From the NCBI RefSeq assembly GCF_009914755.1, contig NC_060928.1: DNA of 64,000 nucleotides; one strand, 5' to 3'. Of the stretch, positions 15,000-29,667 are shown piece after piece. Each line of letters begins with the position of its first letter. Position 1 is the first letter of the stretch. The translations under genes were made by a program, and so were the position numbers. This stretch comes from the human T2T-CHM13v2.0 reference genome, Homo sapiens. Below the pieces are notes generated by a model, which saw only the letters and a list, made by a program, of their open reading frames with translations, was not told the DNA's origin and ran no database searches.

Positions 15000-15350
15000 A
15001 TATATGGGGGAAAGAGATGTACGAGTAACTTTATTGTATTATGTCTAGATCCATAAGTGTCACATTTATTCAACATTTAACAAGTAGTTATTGATAATTT
15101 CAAAAGTAAAATTTTGTATTTGATGTATATTGTAAGGAGAAGATTGAAGGATTTCTCAGAAATTTTTGTCTTGAGCTCAAAATAAAAATAGAAGTTGGCA
15201 TGTTTTGATATGAGTAAGACTGGCAGATGAACAGGTTGAAAGAAACTAACCATTAGGAGCACAGTTTTGGATATGTCATGTTTGAAACATCTGTAATATT
15301 CATGGATATATAGATATTTGAAATCACTGCCCAAAATAGGAATGCCAGAA
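15000..15350 (-). mobile_element. L2 fragment
   Basis: 'cagttttggatatgtcatgtttgaaacatctg' resembles antisense L2. Confidence 0.55.
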
Positions 15351-15549
15351 TTGTCAAGTGATTGTTGCAACAATTTTTTTTTGAAATGTAACATACATAT
15401 AATAAAATTTACAGATTTCAAGTGTCAGGCTCATTGTATGCAAGCAGCAGATACCGGGATGAAACAAATATCAAAGTTTCAAAGTTTTTGGTAATAGCAT
15501 ATTAGTGTTCGTTTAATCTAAAAGTAAAAATACAATAACTATATGAAGG

Positions 15550-16560
15550 CGTGGAACAACAAAAGCAGGCATAAATTAGATGGTAACCTGACAGACGTTT
15601 GGCCTTGAAATGAAAGAAAAATGTGAACATGTCTTTTAGGGGCCACCATTTAACAAGTAAAATTTCAGAACTATCAAAAGTAATCATAACAAATTGAAAT
15701 GCTAGATTTGGAAACTACAATATTGGTAATCAAACTTTAATTGCATGGGATTCATAGCAGATTGAACACTATTCCCCTGACAACCCCACAAAATGAAAAG
15801 CATCCATGAACTTGAAGATAGATCCACTATCTATTTAAGTATTTTCCCCTTCTGTGAAGTACACAGAGGTACCTCCTCAGAGGTACACAGAAGGGGAAAA
15901 TACTTAAAAATAGAACAGTGCATCAATGGCTTATGATAGGATGTTTAAAAGCCACATAAGCATTTCACATTCATCTAAACCTAGAAGACAATGGAAGCTC
16001 AGAAAACGCCTAGCAGGGAAATTACAGAAAACCATGTTTAGAAACATCATAATCTAACTGCTGAACATCAAAAATAAAAGCAGTCTTAAAAGAAATGGAA
16101 GGTAAATGAAACAAAACAAAACAAACAAATAAACAAAAAAGACACCCACATACTGCATTCGGGGAAACAATGATAAGATTGACTACCAATTTGTTATTAG
16201 AAAAAAATAGAGGCCAGGAAATCATGGAACAAGAAAACAAATGGAAAACCAAACAAAAACAAAAACCCACTCTCTCAACTTAGAACTGTATACCCAGTAA
16301 AGAGATTTTTTTTAATATACAGCTGTAACAAAGACACTTTTAGAATTAAAAGCCAAACAAAAAATGTGAAGAAAATTTATTCACAATAGACAAAAACATA
16401 GAAAATACTAAAGAGATATGATACTAGATTTAACTTGGAGCTAAGGAAAGAACACTAGATATGAAAAACATATGGTTAAATATAAAAATGTAATTTTTTT
16501 CACATTTTCTTAAACTTTGTGAAGGTGATCATCAAATAAAAAATGTAATACATACTGGCA
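15550..16560 (+). mobile_element. Old L1M ORF1 region
   Basis: A-rich sense L1 ORF1 phrases 'catcataatctaactgctgaacatcaaaaataaaag' and 'caacttagaactgtatacccag'. Confidence 0.65.
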
Positions 16561-16569
16561 TATATAACA

Positions 16570-17650
16570 TTTGTAGTAGTAATTCATTGTTATTTTAATG
16601 TGCAATTCATTCCCTAATGATAAATGATGTTGAACATCTTTTTGCATACATATGTGCCATCTGTATTTCTTCTTTATGAAGTATCTGTTTAGATCTTTTG
16701 CCTTTTTTCTAATTGGGTTATTTCTTTTCTTAATGTTGAATTTTAATGGATCTTCAAATATTTTAAATAAAAGTCATTATTGGATATATATTTTGCAATT
16801 ATTTTTCCCAGTCTGTAACTCAATTTTTGTTGCTGTTGCTGTTTTCTTAAAATTTATCTTGCAGAGTGAGGTTTTTAATGCTAATGAAGTCCAACTTCAA
16901 TTTTTGTCTTATAGACTATGCTACTGTTATATCTAAAAGGTCATCATCAATTCCAAGGTCATGTAAATTTTATGTATTTTATGTTTTCTTTTAGAAGTTT
17001 TAGAGTTTCACATTTTATATTTCGATCTATGTTTCATTTTAAGTTAAATTTTATGAAGGATATAAGATATGTGCTCAGGTTTCCCCCTTTTTTTTTGTTT
17101 ACACACAGATGTCTTATCTTTTCAGCACTATTTGTTGAAAATACTATTATTTCTCCATATAATTGCTTTCATGCCTTTGCTAAAGGTTATTTGAGCATGT
17201 GTGGGTCTATTAGTGGGTTCTCTATTTTCTTCCATCAATCTACGTGTCTATTTTTCCCTCAATACCACACTTGTATACTACAGCCTTGGAGAAAGTCTTG
17301 AAATCAAGTTATATGAGCCCTTCAACTTTTTTTTCTTCTTAAGTATTGTGTTGGCCATTCCAGGTCCTTGACTTTTTGTATAAACTTTAAAATGAGTTTT
17401 TCAATAGCCTGCTGGGTTATTGTTTGCGATTGAACTGAATATATAAATCAAGTTGGGAAGAAGTAACATCATAACAATATAGAGTTTTCCAATACATAAA
17501 CATGGAACATATCTTTTTTGAATTCCTTCATCAGAGATCTGTTCTTGTCTACATATACATTGTGTAAATATTTTGTTACAATTTTACCTAACAATTTCCC
17601 TCATTGGTGATATATAGTAAATTATATTGTTTTTAAATTTCAAGTTCTAA
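16570..17650 (-). mobile_element. L1MA/MB ORF2 3' fragment
   Basis: Antisense phrases 'ccctaatgataaatgatgttgaacatctttt' and 'ttcttaagtattgtgttggccattccagg'. Confidence 0.8.
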
Positions 17651-17779
17651 TTTTGTCCTTGATGAGGTCAATATAGATTCTACTTAAAAGATTTTAAAGT
17701 AGCCTTTTCATTTATCTGATAGAGTCTTTCCCTTAACTCTTAAATCTCACAATTCTAAAACCCTCTAGTAGTTTAATCT

Positions 17780-18075
17780 CAGGTTAAATGTCATCTTCCC
17801 GGAGAGTACTTGTCTGATCACCCAATCCAAGTAGCACTTGACCATTTTTTATTTGCACTGCAGTCATATTTGCTCATTGTAATTCTCTGAAAGACACATT
17901 TCACTATTTGTTTTGTTGTTGTTGTTTTGGCTTATTTGCTAAAGTTATGTATATGTTTATTGCTTATGTTTCCATGAGAATATAAATCCTGAAAGTTTAG
18001 GGACTTTTTTAGTTTTGTTCTGCATTCTACCCCCAGCAGTTTGAACAATTCCTCAATAAATGTTTGTTGGCTGAA
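17780..18075 (+). mobile_element. L2 3' end
   Basis: Ends 'ctcaataaatgtttgttggctgaat'. Confidence 0.7.
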
Positions 18076-18224
18076 TAATTAATAACTTAATTATTCAATA
18101 ATATTTGTTTCAAGTTAGTTTTCTCTCATAAACAGATGCTCAGACTAGAGTTTAAGTGAAATCCTAAAAAACACATTTAGGAAATGGGAGATTCAGAAAA
18201 GGAAAGGAAAATAACAGTATAGAT

Positions 18225-18710
18225 CATGGTTAGGTAAATAATCATCCTCCAAAGTGCCCATCCACTCATCCCTGAAACCTGTGAATTTGCTACCTTACAA
18301 GAAAAGAGGGAATTTGCAGACATGATTAAGTTAAACATAGTGAAATGGAATGATCTTGGACCATCTCAGCAGATCCAATGTATCAAAAGAGTTCTTATAA
18401 GAGAGTGGCAGGAGAATTACAGTAAGATAGATATTTGAGGATGCTATTCTGCTGGCTTTGAAGTTTGAAGAAAACACATGTCAAGGCAAACAGGTGGCCT
18501 CTAGAAGCAGACAAATCCAAGGAAATGGATTCTTTCCTAGAGCCTTGAGAAGGAATGCAGCCCACACCCCTGCTGATACCTTGAGTTTAGGCCATTGAGG
18601 AATAATTTGAGTTTCCACCTTCCACAACAAGAGCATAATAAATATGTATTGTTTTAAGCCACTGTTGTTTTGTAATTGGCCATGGCAACAATAGGAAATG
18701 AAAGTAGACA
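18225..18710 (+). mobile_element. MLT1 (C/D-like) MaLR LTR
   Basis: 'aacctgtgaatttgctaccttac', 'ggcctctagaagc' and 'gttttaagccact' match MLT1 motifs. Confidence 0.8.
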
Positions 18711-19199
18711 CATTAAAGAACATATTATCCCTGTTGGCTAATGAATCTGAATCATATAGAGGACTGGAAATAGTACAGAATTTGCTTCAGAATCATACCA
18801 CTTGAGGGATGAGAAAAATAGTGCATTTGTCCAACTCCAGTTAGTCTTTGGTTGTTCTCCTGGCGTTGATAGTCTGAAGCCCTAATTACCTGCCCTGAAC
18901 ATTGACTGAACACGTTATCAAGAATAAAGAGGTCAGCAAGGTGGCTGACTAGAAGTCTCAGCACTCATCCCCCCAACAAAGGCAGCCAGAACAATGAAAA
19001 AACTACTCTATTTTGATAAAAAAAATAACTACAGGAGAGTGCCAGATTACATCATAGGAGTAACAGAAACCCTGTAGAGCACAGAAACTCAATATGGCCA
19101 CATAAAGCATGTAAGAAAATACCTTGCTTCTGCCAATTCACCCCTTAGTTGCGATCAGCTTGGAACCAAATGGACCCTTCCTTACTGAAAAAGGTAAGC

Positions 19200-19569
<370 letters not shown>

Positions 19570-20769
19570 TTACCAGCACTAAGCTCAGCTGAGAGAGCTG
19601 CCTGAATTCCACACAGCTGCTCACCTCAGAGAAGGAGCCAACACCGTGCTCCTCCTTCTGTAGCCCTAAGGCTATTGTACTGCACCATCTTGGAATGGGA
19701 TCAACTGTTGGAGTAGCCATGGTAACCTTCTATCTGTGAGGTTTTGTTGCACCTGAACCTCCCCTACCCAGTGGCCTGCTAAGCTAAGCGGAGCTAAGAT
19801 GTTACTACACCCTGCCTGTGAGGCCAAGCTGTTGTTGAGCTATTTCATCTACTCCTTCCAATCACTGCTGTACTCTATCCCTTAGGGACTGAGTTGAAGC
19901 AGAGCTTTGCCTCTTAGGAAAAGGTTGCCATGGCCATCAGAGCAGCCACATCCCCAGGGCCTAAGTTCAAGAAGCGCATTGCCTACTAGGCCTAGCTGAG
20001 TAGGTGTGCATCCCAGAGCTGACCTGACATGATAACCCATGTCCTGGGGAAATAGCATTCGCTGAGCTAAGACAATAATGCTCATTTCTATAGGCTGCAT
20101 AACTGTAGTACCATCCTTCATTGAAACTGGACTAGCCCCCTAGAGTCTGAGCTGCTGAGATACTCCCTTCCCCAGGGGATAGAGTTATTTTTCTGCTTCT
20201 CTTTGCAAGCCAGAGCCTAAGCAACAGCTGTTCTCTGCCATTTTTCAGTTCCTTGCTGCTACTACACCTGACCTTACAGTCTGGGATATTGCCATGTCCC
20301 ACTACCCACGGGTCCAGAGTCAACACTGTGCAGTACCTTATTTCCTAAGGTCTGAGTTGCGACTGTGCCCTATGATCAATTTAAATAGATTAAATTCTCC
20401 AGTCAAAATGTATGAAGTGTCAAAATGAATTTAAAAAAATAAGATCCAACTATATTCTGTCTACAGACACACTTTGGCCTTAAGAATACGTAGACTGAAA
20501 GTGAAGGGATGGTAGAAGATATTTCAAGCAAATGTTAACCAAAAGGAAGCAGAGATGGCTATATGTATATTAGATGAAATATGCCTCAATTCAAAAACTG
20601 TCAGAAGAGACAAAAGAGGTAATTATTTAATGATAAAGGGCTTCATTTATCAAGAAGACATAACAAGTATTAATATATATGTACCCAACATTGGAACTCA
20701 GATGAAGCTGAGAGTCAAATCAAGAACTCAATCTCTTTTACAGCAGCTACAGAAAAAGTAAAATATCTG

Positions 20770-21065
<296 letters not shown>

Positions 21066-21926
21066 TCTGGGAATATACCTAACCAAGGATGTGAAAGATC
21101 TCTACAAGGAAAATTACAGAACACTGCTGAAAGAAATCATAGTTGACACAAACAAATGGAAACACATCCCAAGCTTATGGAAGGTTAGAACCAATACAGT
21201 TAGAAAATGACCACACTGACAAAGGCAATCTACAAATTCAATGGAATTCCTGTCAAAATACTATCATCAATCTTCACAGAACTAGAAGAAAAAATTTCCT
21301 AAAATTAATATGGAACCAAAAAGGAGTCTGCATTGTCAAAGCAAGACTAAGCAAAAAGAACAAATCTGGAGGCATCACATTACCTGACTTCAAACTATGC
21401 TACAAGGCTATCATTACCAAAACAGCATGGTACTGGTAAAAAAAAAAACAGGCACGTAGACCAATAGAATAGATTAGAGAATCCAAAAATAAAGCCAAAT
21501 ACAGCCAACTGATCTTTGACTAAGCAAACAAAAACATAAAATGGGGAAAGGACAACCTATTCAACCAACCAATGGTCCTGGGATAATTGGCAAGTCACAT
21601 AGAAGAATGAAACTGGATCCTCATCTCTCACCTTGTAAAAAAAAAATTAACCCAAGATGAGTCAAATACTTAAATTGAAGACCTGATATCATAACAATTC
21701 TAGAAGACAATGTTGGAAAAACTCTTTTATCCTTCAGCATAGGAACAGATCTTAAGCCAATAACACTAAAAGAGGATGAAGAATGGCATTAAATAATGAT
21801 AAAGGGTTCAATTCAACAAGATGTCCTAACTATCCTAAATATATACGCACCCAACTGTGGTGCACTGAGAGTAATAAAACAAGTACTTCTAGACCTAAGA
21901 AAAGTCTTACACAGCCACAGCATCAT

Positions 21927-22213
21927 AGTGGCTCATGCCTGTAATCCTAGAACATCAGGAGGCTGAAGTGGGAGAATTGCCTGAGCCCACAAGTTTGAGA
22001 CCAGCCTGAGAAACACAGTGAAACCCTGTCTCTACAAAAACTAAAAAAAATTAGCCAGGTATGATGATGTGTGTCTGTACTCCCTGATACTCTGAAGGCT
22101 GAGGCAGGAAGATTGCTTGAGCCTAAGAGCTCATTGCTGCAGTGAGCTGTGATCATTCCACTGTACTCCAGTCTGGTCAAAGAGTGAGACCCTGCCTCAA
22201 AAACAAAACAAAA
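21927..22213 (+). mobile_element. AluJ lacking its first ~10 nt
   Basis: 'gattgcttgagcctaag', 'gagctgtgatc' and 'gagaccctg' are J diagnostics; (AAAAC)n tail. Confidence 0.9.
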
Positions 22214-24059
22214 ATGGATGAAGGACTTAAATTGACATTTATCTGAAGATAACATAAAAATGGCCAACAGGTAAATGAAAATGTGTTCAATATCACTAAT
22301 CATCAGAAAAATGCAAATCAAAACTCCTATCAGATACTACCTCACACCTGTTAAGATACTTACTATCAAAAAGACAAGAGACAACTAATGTTAATGATAA
22401 CTCTGTATACAAGACTATGGAGGAAACAGAACCCTTGTGTACCATTGATGGGAATGTAGGTTGATGCAGCCATTGTGGATAACAGCATGGAGGTTCCTAA
22501 AGAAATTAAAAGTAGAACTACCATATGACCCAGCATTCTCTCTTCTTGGTATATACCCTAAGGAAATGAAATCACTACCTCATAAAAATATCTGCACTCT
22601 TAAGTTCATTGCAGCATTAGTCACAATAGCCAATATATAGAAACAACTTAAGTGTTCATCGATGAATGAATGGATAAAGAAAACATTTTATATATATAGG
22701 ACTATTATTCAGCCTTAAAAAGGAGGCAAATTTGCCATGTCCACAGATGGACCTACAGAGGACATTTTATTAAGTGAAATAAGCCAGACACAGAAAGAAA
22801 AAAAATAATGAATGATCTCACTTTTATATGGAACCTAAGAAAAAAGCTGGGGGCAGGGTGCTCAAATATGTGGAAACAGAGAATAAAACAAGGTCTGGGT
22901 TGGGGAAGGAAATGGAAAAGTACAGATCAAAGGATAAAAAGCAGCAGATATGTGGACTGAACAAACCTAGAGCTCTAATGTACAACACAAGGACTATGTT
23001 TAATAGCAGTGTATTGTATTAAGGATTTTTGCCAAATGAGTAAATTACAGTCATTCTTTACAAGGGGTAGCTGGAGATGGATAACTATGTGAGATGATGA
23101 AGTGTTAATTTGTTCCATTATAGTTACCATATATATGTGTGTGTGTGTGTGTATATATATATAAAACATATAATATGTATTATACCTTAAATATGCAAAA
23201 TAAAATATACAAAAAATACCCATAAAATTATCACACACAGAAAAGAACAAATGGAGAAAGCCTTGAGCACAGTTGTAGGTACAGTACATGCATCACAAGG
23301 GTTATTGCAGAGAAGATACCAACAGTATTTGCTAAAATTATCTTGACCACTTTCTATGCACATTTTTTCCTGAATTTCTCTTAACATTTATCATAATAAC
23401 TTAGATTTAATTACTGACTTTTTTTTTACAGGAACTATGCTAGGTGAAGACAATGTAAAGCCTTAATCTCACTCATCATGAAATTTCCTCTTAGTAAGAA
23501 TCAAAAACAATTTCTGGAATCCAATATGAATGTTAAAAAAGATTTAGACTTAAGATGACTTCACAGCACATCAGATAGTTACTGGGTCCAGATAATGTAA
23601 GGAAGAGGCCATGGGTAGAGATCAAGATGCCAAAGGTGAATGTGGAAACAAAGTAGAAATGGTAGAAGATATATTCTAAGCATAGGGTATCATATTTGTG
23701 AATATATGCCTAAATAAAGAGCTTTGTAAGTTTGGTTTAGCTGCAGAAAGAAAATTTTGGTGAGGAGTTAGCTTAGGACTTCAATGATGTTGGTAAGTTG
23801 AATCAGGTACTATTTTAATCCCCAGTATATCCATTGAAATTCAAGTCTGGATATTACTAGCTAATGACCTATCTTCCATTTATATCTGACATGCCTATTT
23901 AGCAAAGGGTTACTTTACATGAAACAAACATGTACTTCAACTACCTGAGTTTCCAAAATAACTAAAATTCATCAGTGGCCAATACTGGCTAAAGTGAGAC
24001 AAATTTCTGGGAAAATGGTGGTTTTTCTCCTGATATTTATGTGTAATATTTGAATGACT

Positions 24060-24420
24060 TATCTTCAACTGTTCTCATTTCTAACATTTCTACATCTAAT
24101 CCATCATCAACAGTGTTGGATCTAACTTCAAAATATTAAGCATCTGCATACTTTCAACACATCCAATGTTAGCCCTGAACCATTAACCAGGCAGCCATTT
24201 TCTCTCTCCTTGTGTATTGTAATTGCCTTCTAAGCTATAATCTTACTTTCCTGATTGTGTCTCCTGACTATTATCAACTAAGTAGACAGAGTGATCTTTC
24301 AAAAATTTTAAGTCCGGTCATAACATCCCTCTGTTCAAGACATTGTGAGTGATTGTCATCTCAGTCACAGTAAAAGTCATGCCATGATTGAACTAAGTTC
24401 TTTATGAGTTATCACTGATT
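24060..24420 (+). mobile_element. L2 fragment
   Basis: 'agagtgatctttcaaaaattttaagtccggtcataacatccctctgttcaag' resembles L2. Confidence 0.65.
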
Positions 24421-24429
24421 GAATATGCT

Positions 24430-24560
24430 TAGTAGCCATTTAAAGTAAGCACTATTATAATCATTCTCTTTTTATTTAGAAGAAAGGGCATAAAGAATAA
24501 CTTGACAAAGTAAAATATCTAGTATGTGGGAGCTAGGGTTTACATCCAGGCATTCTAGCT
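24430..24560 (-). mobile_element. MIR fragment
   Basis: 'taacttgacaaag...gagctagggtttacatccaggcattct'. Confidence 0.55.
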
Positions 24561-24802
24561 GGAATAGAGATAAAATAGAGATTAAAATTTGAAACATTAA
24601 TAAAAGAGAACAGAAATAGTTGACTTTGAAGATTTGGTTTATTTTTTAAATGCAATGGACTTATAAATCACTAGCTATTTTAGGTGATTTTATTTGTAAG
24701 GAGAAAATACAAATACAGATAACTAAGAAAGAAGGCTAGTATAGCTACTAATATAGAAGAAATTCACAGTTTAGAAAAGTATAGCTTATTGAAAGGGTTC
24801 TT

Positions 24803-24856
24803 GTTTTTTTCTTCCTCCTTCCATCCCTCTCTCTCTCTCTCTCTCCCTCTCCCTGT
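24803..24856. repeat. CT-rich polypyrimidine tract
   Basis: Visible (CT)n/(CCT) run. Confidence 0.85.
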
Positions 24857-25442
24857 CTTATTTTTACCTACCTAAGGAAGGAACTATAATCGCCTAAGTT
24901 GGATAATAGTTCCTAATATGAAAATGAGGGTCCAATGTCAAATTTTATAATGACACACAAAAAAGGAATTTATGTAAACTTTCCCAATTTTTGAATGTTA
25001 GCTTAAAAAAATTAAAACAATGTGTAATTTAAAACAAACAAAATATCTGTTGGTCAAACTCAACCCACAATCCGAGCTTTTGTCCTTTGATAAAAGGCAA
25101 GATCACAACGTATATTTAGATGGCATTTTATAAACATTGAGGTTTATACCTGAATTTTTGTAATTGTTGAGCATTAGTGAAATCCTACATTTGGCAAGAT
25201 GTAGGGTACAAATGTTCAATGTTTTATTTAAATGAAAAAAAGTTCTTTAATAATAAGCTGAGTTAGAAATAGGCTTTATAAAAAAAACTTCTGCAATTTG
25301 AAAGACCCAATAATTACATACCCCTAAATAAAAATGTATTTTTTTCCCACATAGGGGTGAGTTGAAACCATATTGATAAACAGTCTAAAGCTTTTGTTTG
25401 TTTCTTTTTAAAAATACTGGCAGAGAAGTAGGTAGTAGGTTC

Positions 25443-25570
25443 TTCACTCACTCAGCAAATATGTATTCAATACCTATTTTGTGTGCCAAGAGTTGAATGC
25501 AAACTGTTATGTAAAACAGACATTGCTCAATACCTTCATGGAGAATTTGGTCATTTCTAATCTCTAATAG
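25443..25570 (-). mobile_element. L2 3' end
   Basis: 'ttcactcactcagcaaatatgtattcaatacctattttgtgtgcca'. Confidence 0.65.
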
Positions 25571-28500
25571 TGAATTAAAGAAATAAAGAGAGATGGAGAG
25601 AGAGAGGAAAGGTGGGAGGGTGGAAAGGTGGAAGGGTGAAGGGGATGGGGAGTAAGACGGTAAAGGAGGAACGTCCACAAAATTTGAACTATGTGGTATC
25701 TTGTCAAAACTTCAAGATGAAACAGTTATAAAGTATATTCTTTGACTCATTAATTAGTAGGTTTGTTTTGTTGTTAAATTAGGTAAAAACTGAATGAAAG
25801 CTACCCAAAATGATAATTTTTTGGTGGTATTGGTGGAAAGAATTATTAGTCTTAAGCCATTCTGTCTGGCCATGGTTATAGATCTGTGCCAGTTGTTCAT
25901 CAAAATTTCTTTAGTTTATTGCAATAAAAGTAAGTAAACTGTATCATCTACATTATAGTTTTTATCTTTTTCCTAATTTCTATACAATTTTATATAATTC
26001 ATGGTTCATGATAAATAAAGGACTTATCTAGTTATACTTTTATCTTACTATACTTTGAATAACTGGAGGTTGGACTGAATTCTCACCCCACAACTTTAAC
26101 AATAAAAAGCCATAGACTTAAAGAATATTAATGCTAGAAGGAATTTAAGGGATTATCATTTGTCCACATTTCGTAGGTGTAAGGCTGAGATCTAATGAAA
26201 TATTTTGTCAAGAGTTTATAGGAACATATAGAGGAGGCCTACATAGAAAGTGGTTGAGTACTTTGAATGAAAATACCAAAATGTCTGTTTATGAGATATG
26301 TTTAAAATTCATCTGTATTTTTAAGATGAAGCACATGCTGTGCAATCAGTTTAGTTCATAGGTAAAGAGCATTATTTCTAATCTTGATTGCAGCAATTTC
26401 CTGCAAGTTTTGGCTGGTACTATTTTTGACTTTTGAGGCTATGAGCTCTGCTGTGCTTGGCTCACTGTTGGAATTTCATCAGTAGTGTTTATGAGTCATG
26501 TGAGCTGATAGCCATAAAGCTTAGCCTGAGTAAGCTATAATGTTCCGCCAATGGTGGTAGGGGTCAGAATGTGAGAGAGACGTAAGGATTTGAAATCAGC
26601 TGCTAGAGTTGGTGTTATTGCTGGGGAACATGATGATACTAGCAGAACCAAGTAGCTCAACATAAAGCAAAGAACAGGGATTAAAATTGTTCATTAACCA
26701 GCACACATAATCATTCTTCTGGTCTTTTTCCTAAAGGACTTAGGAGTTTTTTGCCTCTAATATTTTCAAGCGATGATACAGAACAAACGTCTTTAAGTGA
26801 TTTATTTGGAATTTGTTCCTTGTGAATTGCATGCTTTCTATAATCTTTAAACTGGGTGATTTTGATCTTTAATAAAAAAAGCATAATTGACCAATATGAC
26901 AGGCATTATTAATATTAGTTGGTTATTTCATGTTGATGGATGATTCTTATTTTAGTAGTATACACCATGGTGACAGCAGATAAACAAGAGTAAAGCAAAA
27001 CATTGTCTGGGACTCTTATTCAAGCAACTGATTTTCTATTGGATCTTATTTAAAGCTTTATTTTGGAAACAGGAGAGCAACATTTTATAAAGCAAATACT
27101 GCCATACTCTAATAAATAAATCTTGCAGAGAAAGAAAAAGACATAAAAGAAACATTATTTAATGCAAAGCTATGTTTTGCTATTGTGTTTCTGGTCAGTG
27201 GTTTTATATAGTACTTGAGAAAACTCATCACCCCTTGTTGTCCAGTGCAATTACATGGTGTTAGTATATACAAAGAAAGACTTTTGTAAATTTTCTGTAA
27301 TGCTAGTTTGTTCAAAGCCTACAGGGAGATCACTTTTAAAATGTTTTATTTGTATGTGAGGTTTAACAAGAAAATTAAGTTCTATAAAAAAAGTTCTTAT
27401 AAATTTTTGTGATCTCTTTCAATTGTTACTTCTAAAGGACAAGCAATTCCATGATATGTGTGTTTCTCCCACATCGCTTTGTAATCTCTCAATTGCATTT
27501 ACTATGAAATTATTTATAAAACCACAAGACATTAGAATAGGAAAGAGGAAAAGAGATTGACTTTTTTTTAGATTACAGATATTAAATACTATTATTCTGA
27601 AGCCAAAAATAACTAATTGGTAAATATCAATGGAAAATGAATATGCATTATCAAAAAGTTAATTTTTATTATATCCAGTTGAAAAGGTATTTCTTTAAGG
27701 CTATCAGGGAAACTTTAGGCAGGCTTAGGAGTTGAAATCTTCAAAAATATTTTTTTGAATAATCTATTTTTTTCTACTTATAAAGAAAAAATGTATCTAT
27801 TATTATGAATTTATATAAATAAAATTACTTATAACTTTTCAAACACCACTCATTTTAAGATTTTATCATTATAATTATGTGATAATATAAAATATTGATT
27901 AACCTCCATAACTGAATAGTATTTAATTTTTTCTAATTATTTTCACTTTTATTATATCAGTAGTTCTGTGTTATAGCTGATAATGTAGGAATACTCATTT
28001 TTAGTTAATAAAAGAGGAGATTTTATGGCTAGGTTGAGATTGTTCCTATCCCAGACCAATGATTATTTTAATGTCATTGTGGGCCATGACCAAACATTTC
28101 CTTCTCATCCCAAAGTACCAATTCTGCTTACAAATAGTATTAATGTATATTTGCATTCTGGCAAATGGCCAGATATATCTGCATTACCATTTTGAAATAG
28201 AGGCAAAGTAAAGGAAATACATTTTGGGGAATAATAGAGTGCAATAGAATATCTGCCTTTAGCCCTTCCACTAAGGATTTTATAAACTAATTAGCAAGCA
28301 TAGTCATGATTAATGCTGTTAATTATCCAGCTTTTCTTGCAGTGACAAAGTTGTATTATACTTCCCAACACGTCAGAGCTAGATATGGCTATGTGAGATT
28401 TTTCTTAAGAACATATAAGCAGAAATGGCATGTATACCATTCCGGCTGAAGCATTAAATAATGGTTCATTTTTTTTTTCCTGTTTTTTTGAATCTCTGCC

Positions 28501-29121
28501 TTCACATGGGAACTGGAAATGTTTAGAGATGGTGGCTACTCTTTCTAAATGTACTGACTGAGGAATATAACAAGCAGAGCATCTTAATGTCCTCATGTAT
28601 GTAGAACATACATTTTTTATTAGCATACAGTAAAATTATCTTATTTTTGGTGTGTCTTTTTGTGGGTTTCTTTAGATTTATTGATTGGATTTAATAATAC
28701 CAACATGGTCAGTATAGGGAATAGTTCCCTCATCTCCAAAAATTCTTTCTTGCTGTAATTTCGTAGTCAGTCACTCTCCTCTGAGTTAATCTTTGGTAAC
28801 TATCAATATATTTTCTCTGTTCCTATAGTTTAATCTTCTTTATAATGTTATTTGAGATGGAACTACACAGAACATAACTTTTTGATACTGGCTTTAGTCA
28901 CTCAGCATAATGCCTTTCAGATTCATTCATGTGTTATATATTATCCAAAACTTTCATTTCTGAGCATCCATTGCTTTTCATTTTTGAGTAGCCTTCCATT
29001 ATATGAATGGACCAGTTTGTTTATCCATTCACCTATTAAAGGGCATTTTGATGGTTTCCAGTTTTAAGATGATTACAAATAAAGATGGTAGATACCTTGT
29101 TTACAGTCTATTTTTGGAACA

Positions 29122-29667
29122 TGTATTCAGATTCTCTGGAGGGATAGAACTAATAGAATATATGCATATATGAAAGGGAGTTTACTAAGGAGATTTGACC
29201 CATAGGATAACAAGGTGAATTCACACAACAGGCCATATACAAGTTGAGGAGCAAGGAAGCAAGTAGTGACTCAGTCTGAGTCCCAAAACCTCAAAAACAG
29301 GGAAGACGACAGTGCAGCCTTAAGTCTTTGGCAGAAGGCCTGAGAGCCACTGATGTAAGTCCAAGGGTCCAAAAGCCAAAGAACTTGGAGTCTGATGTTT
29401 GAGGGCAGGAAGCATCCAGCACGGGGAGAAAGACGAAGACCAGAAGATTCAGCAAGTCAGCTTCTCCCCTCTTCTTCTGCCTGCTTTATTCTAGTGGTGC
29501 TGGCAGTTGATTGTATGATGCCCACCCACACTGAGGGTGAGTCTGCATCTCCCAGTCCACTGACTCAAATGTTAATCTCTTTTGACAACACCTTCACAGA
29601 CACACCCATGAACGATACTTTGCATCCTTCAATGAAATCAAGTTGACACTTAATATTAACCAACACA
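29122..29667 (+). mobile_element. MLT2A ERVL solo LTR
   Basis: 'gagggatagaactaatagaata...gggagtttactaagg' and the end 'aagttgacacttaatattaaccaacaca'. Confidence 0.9.
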
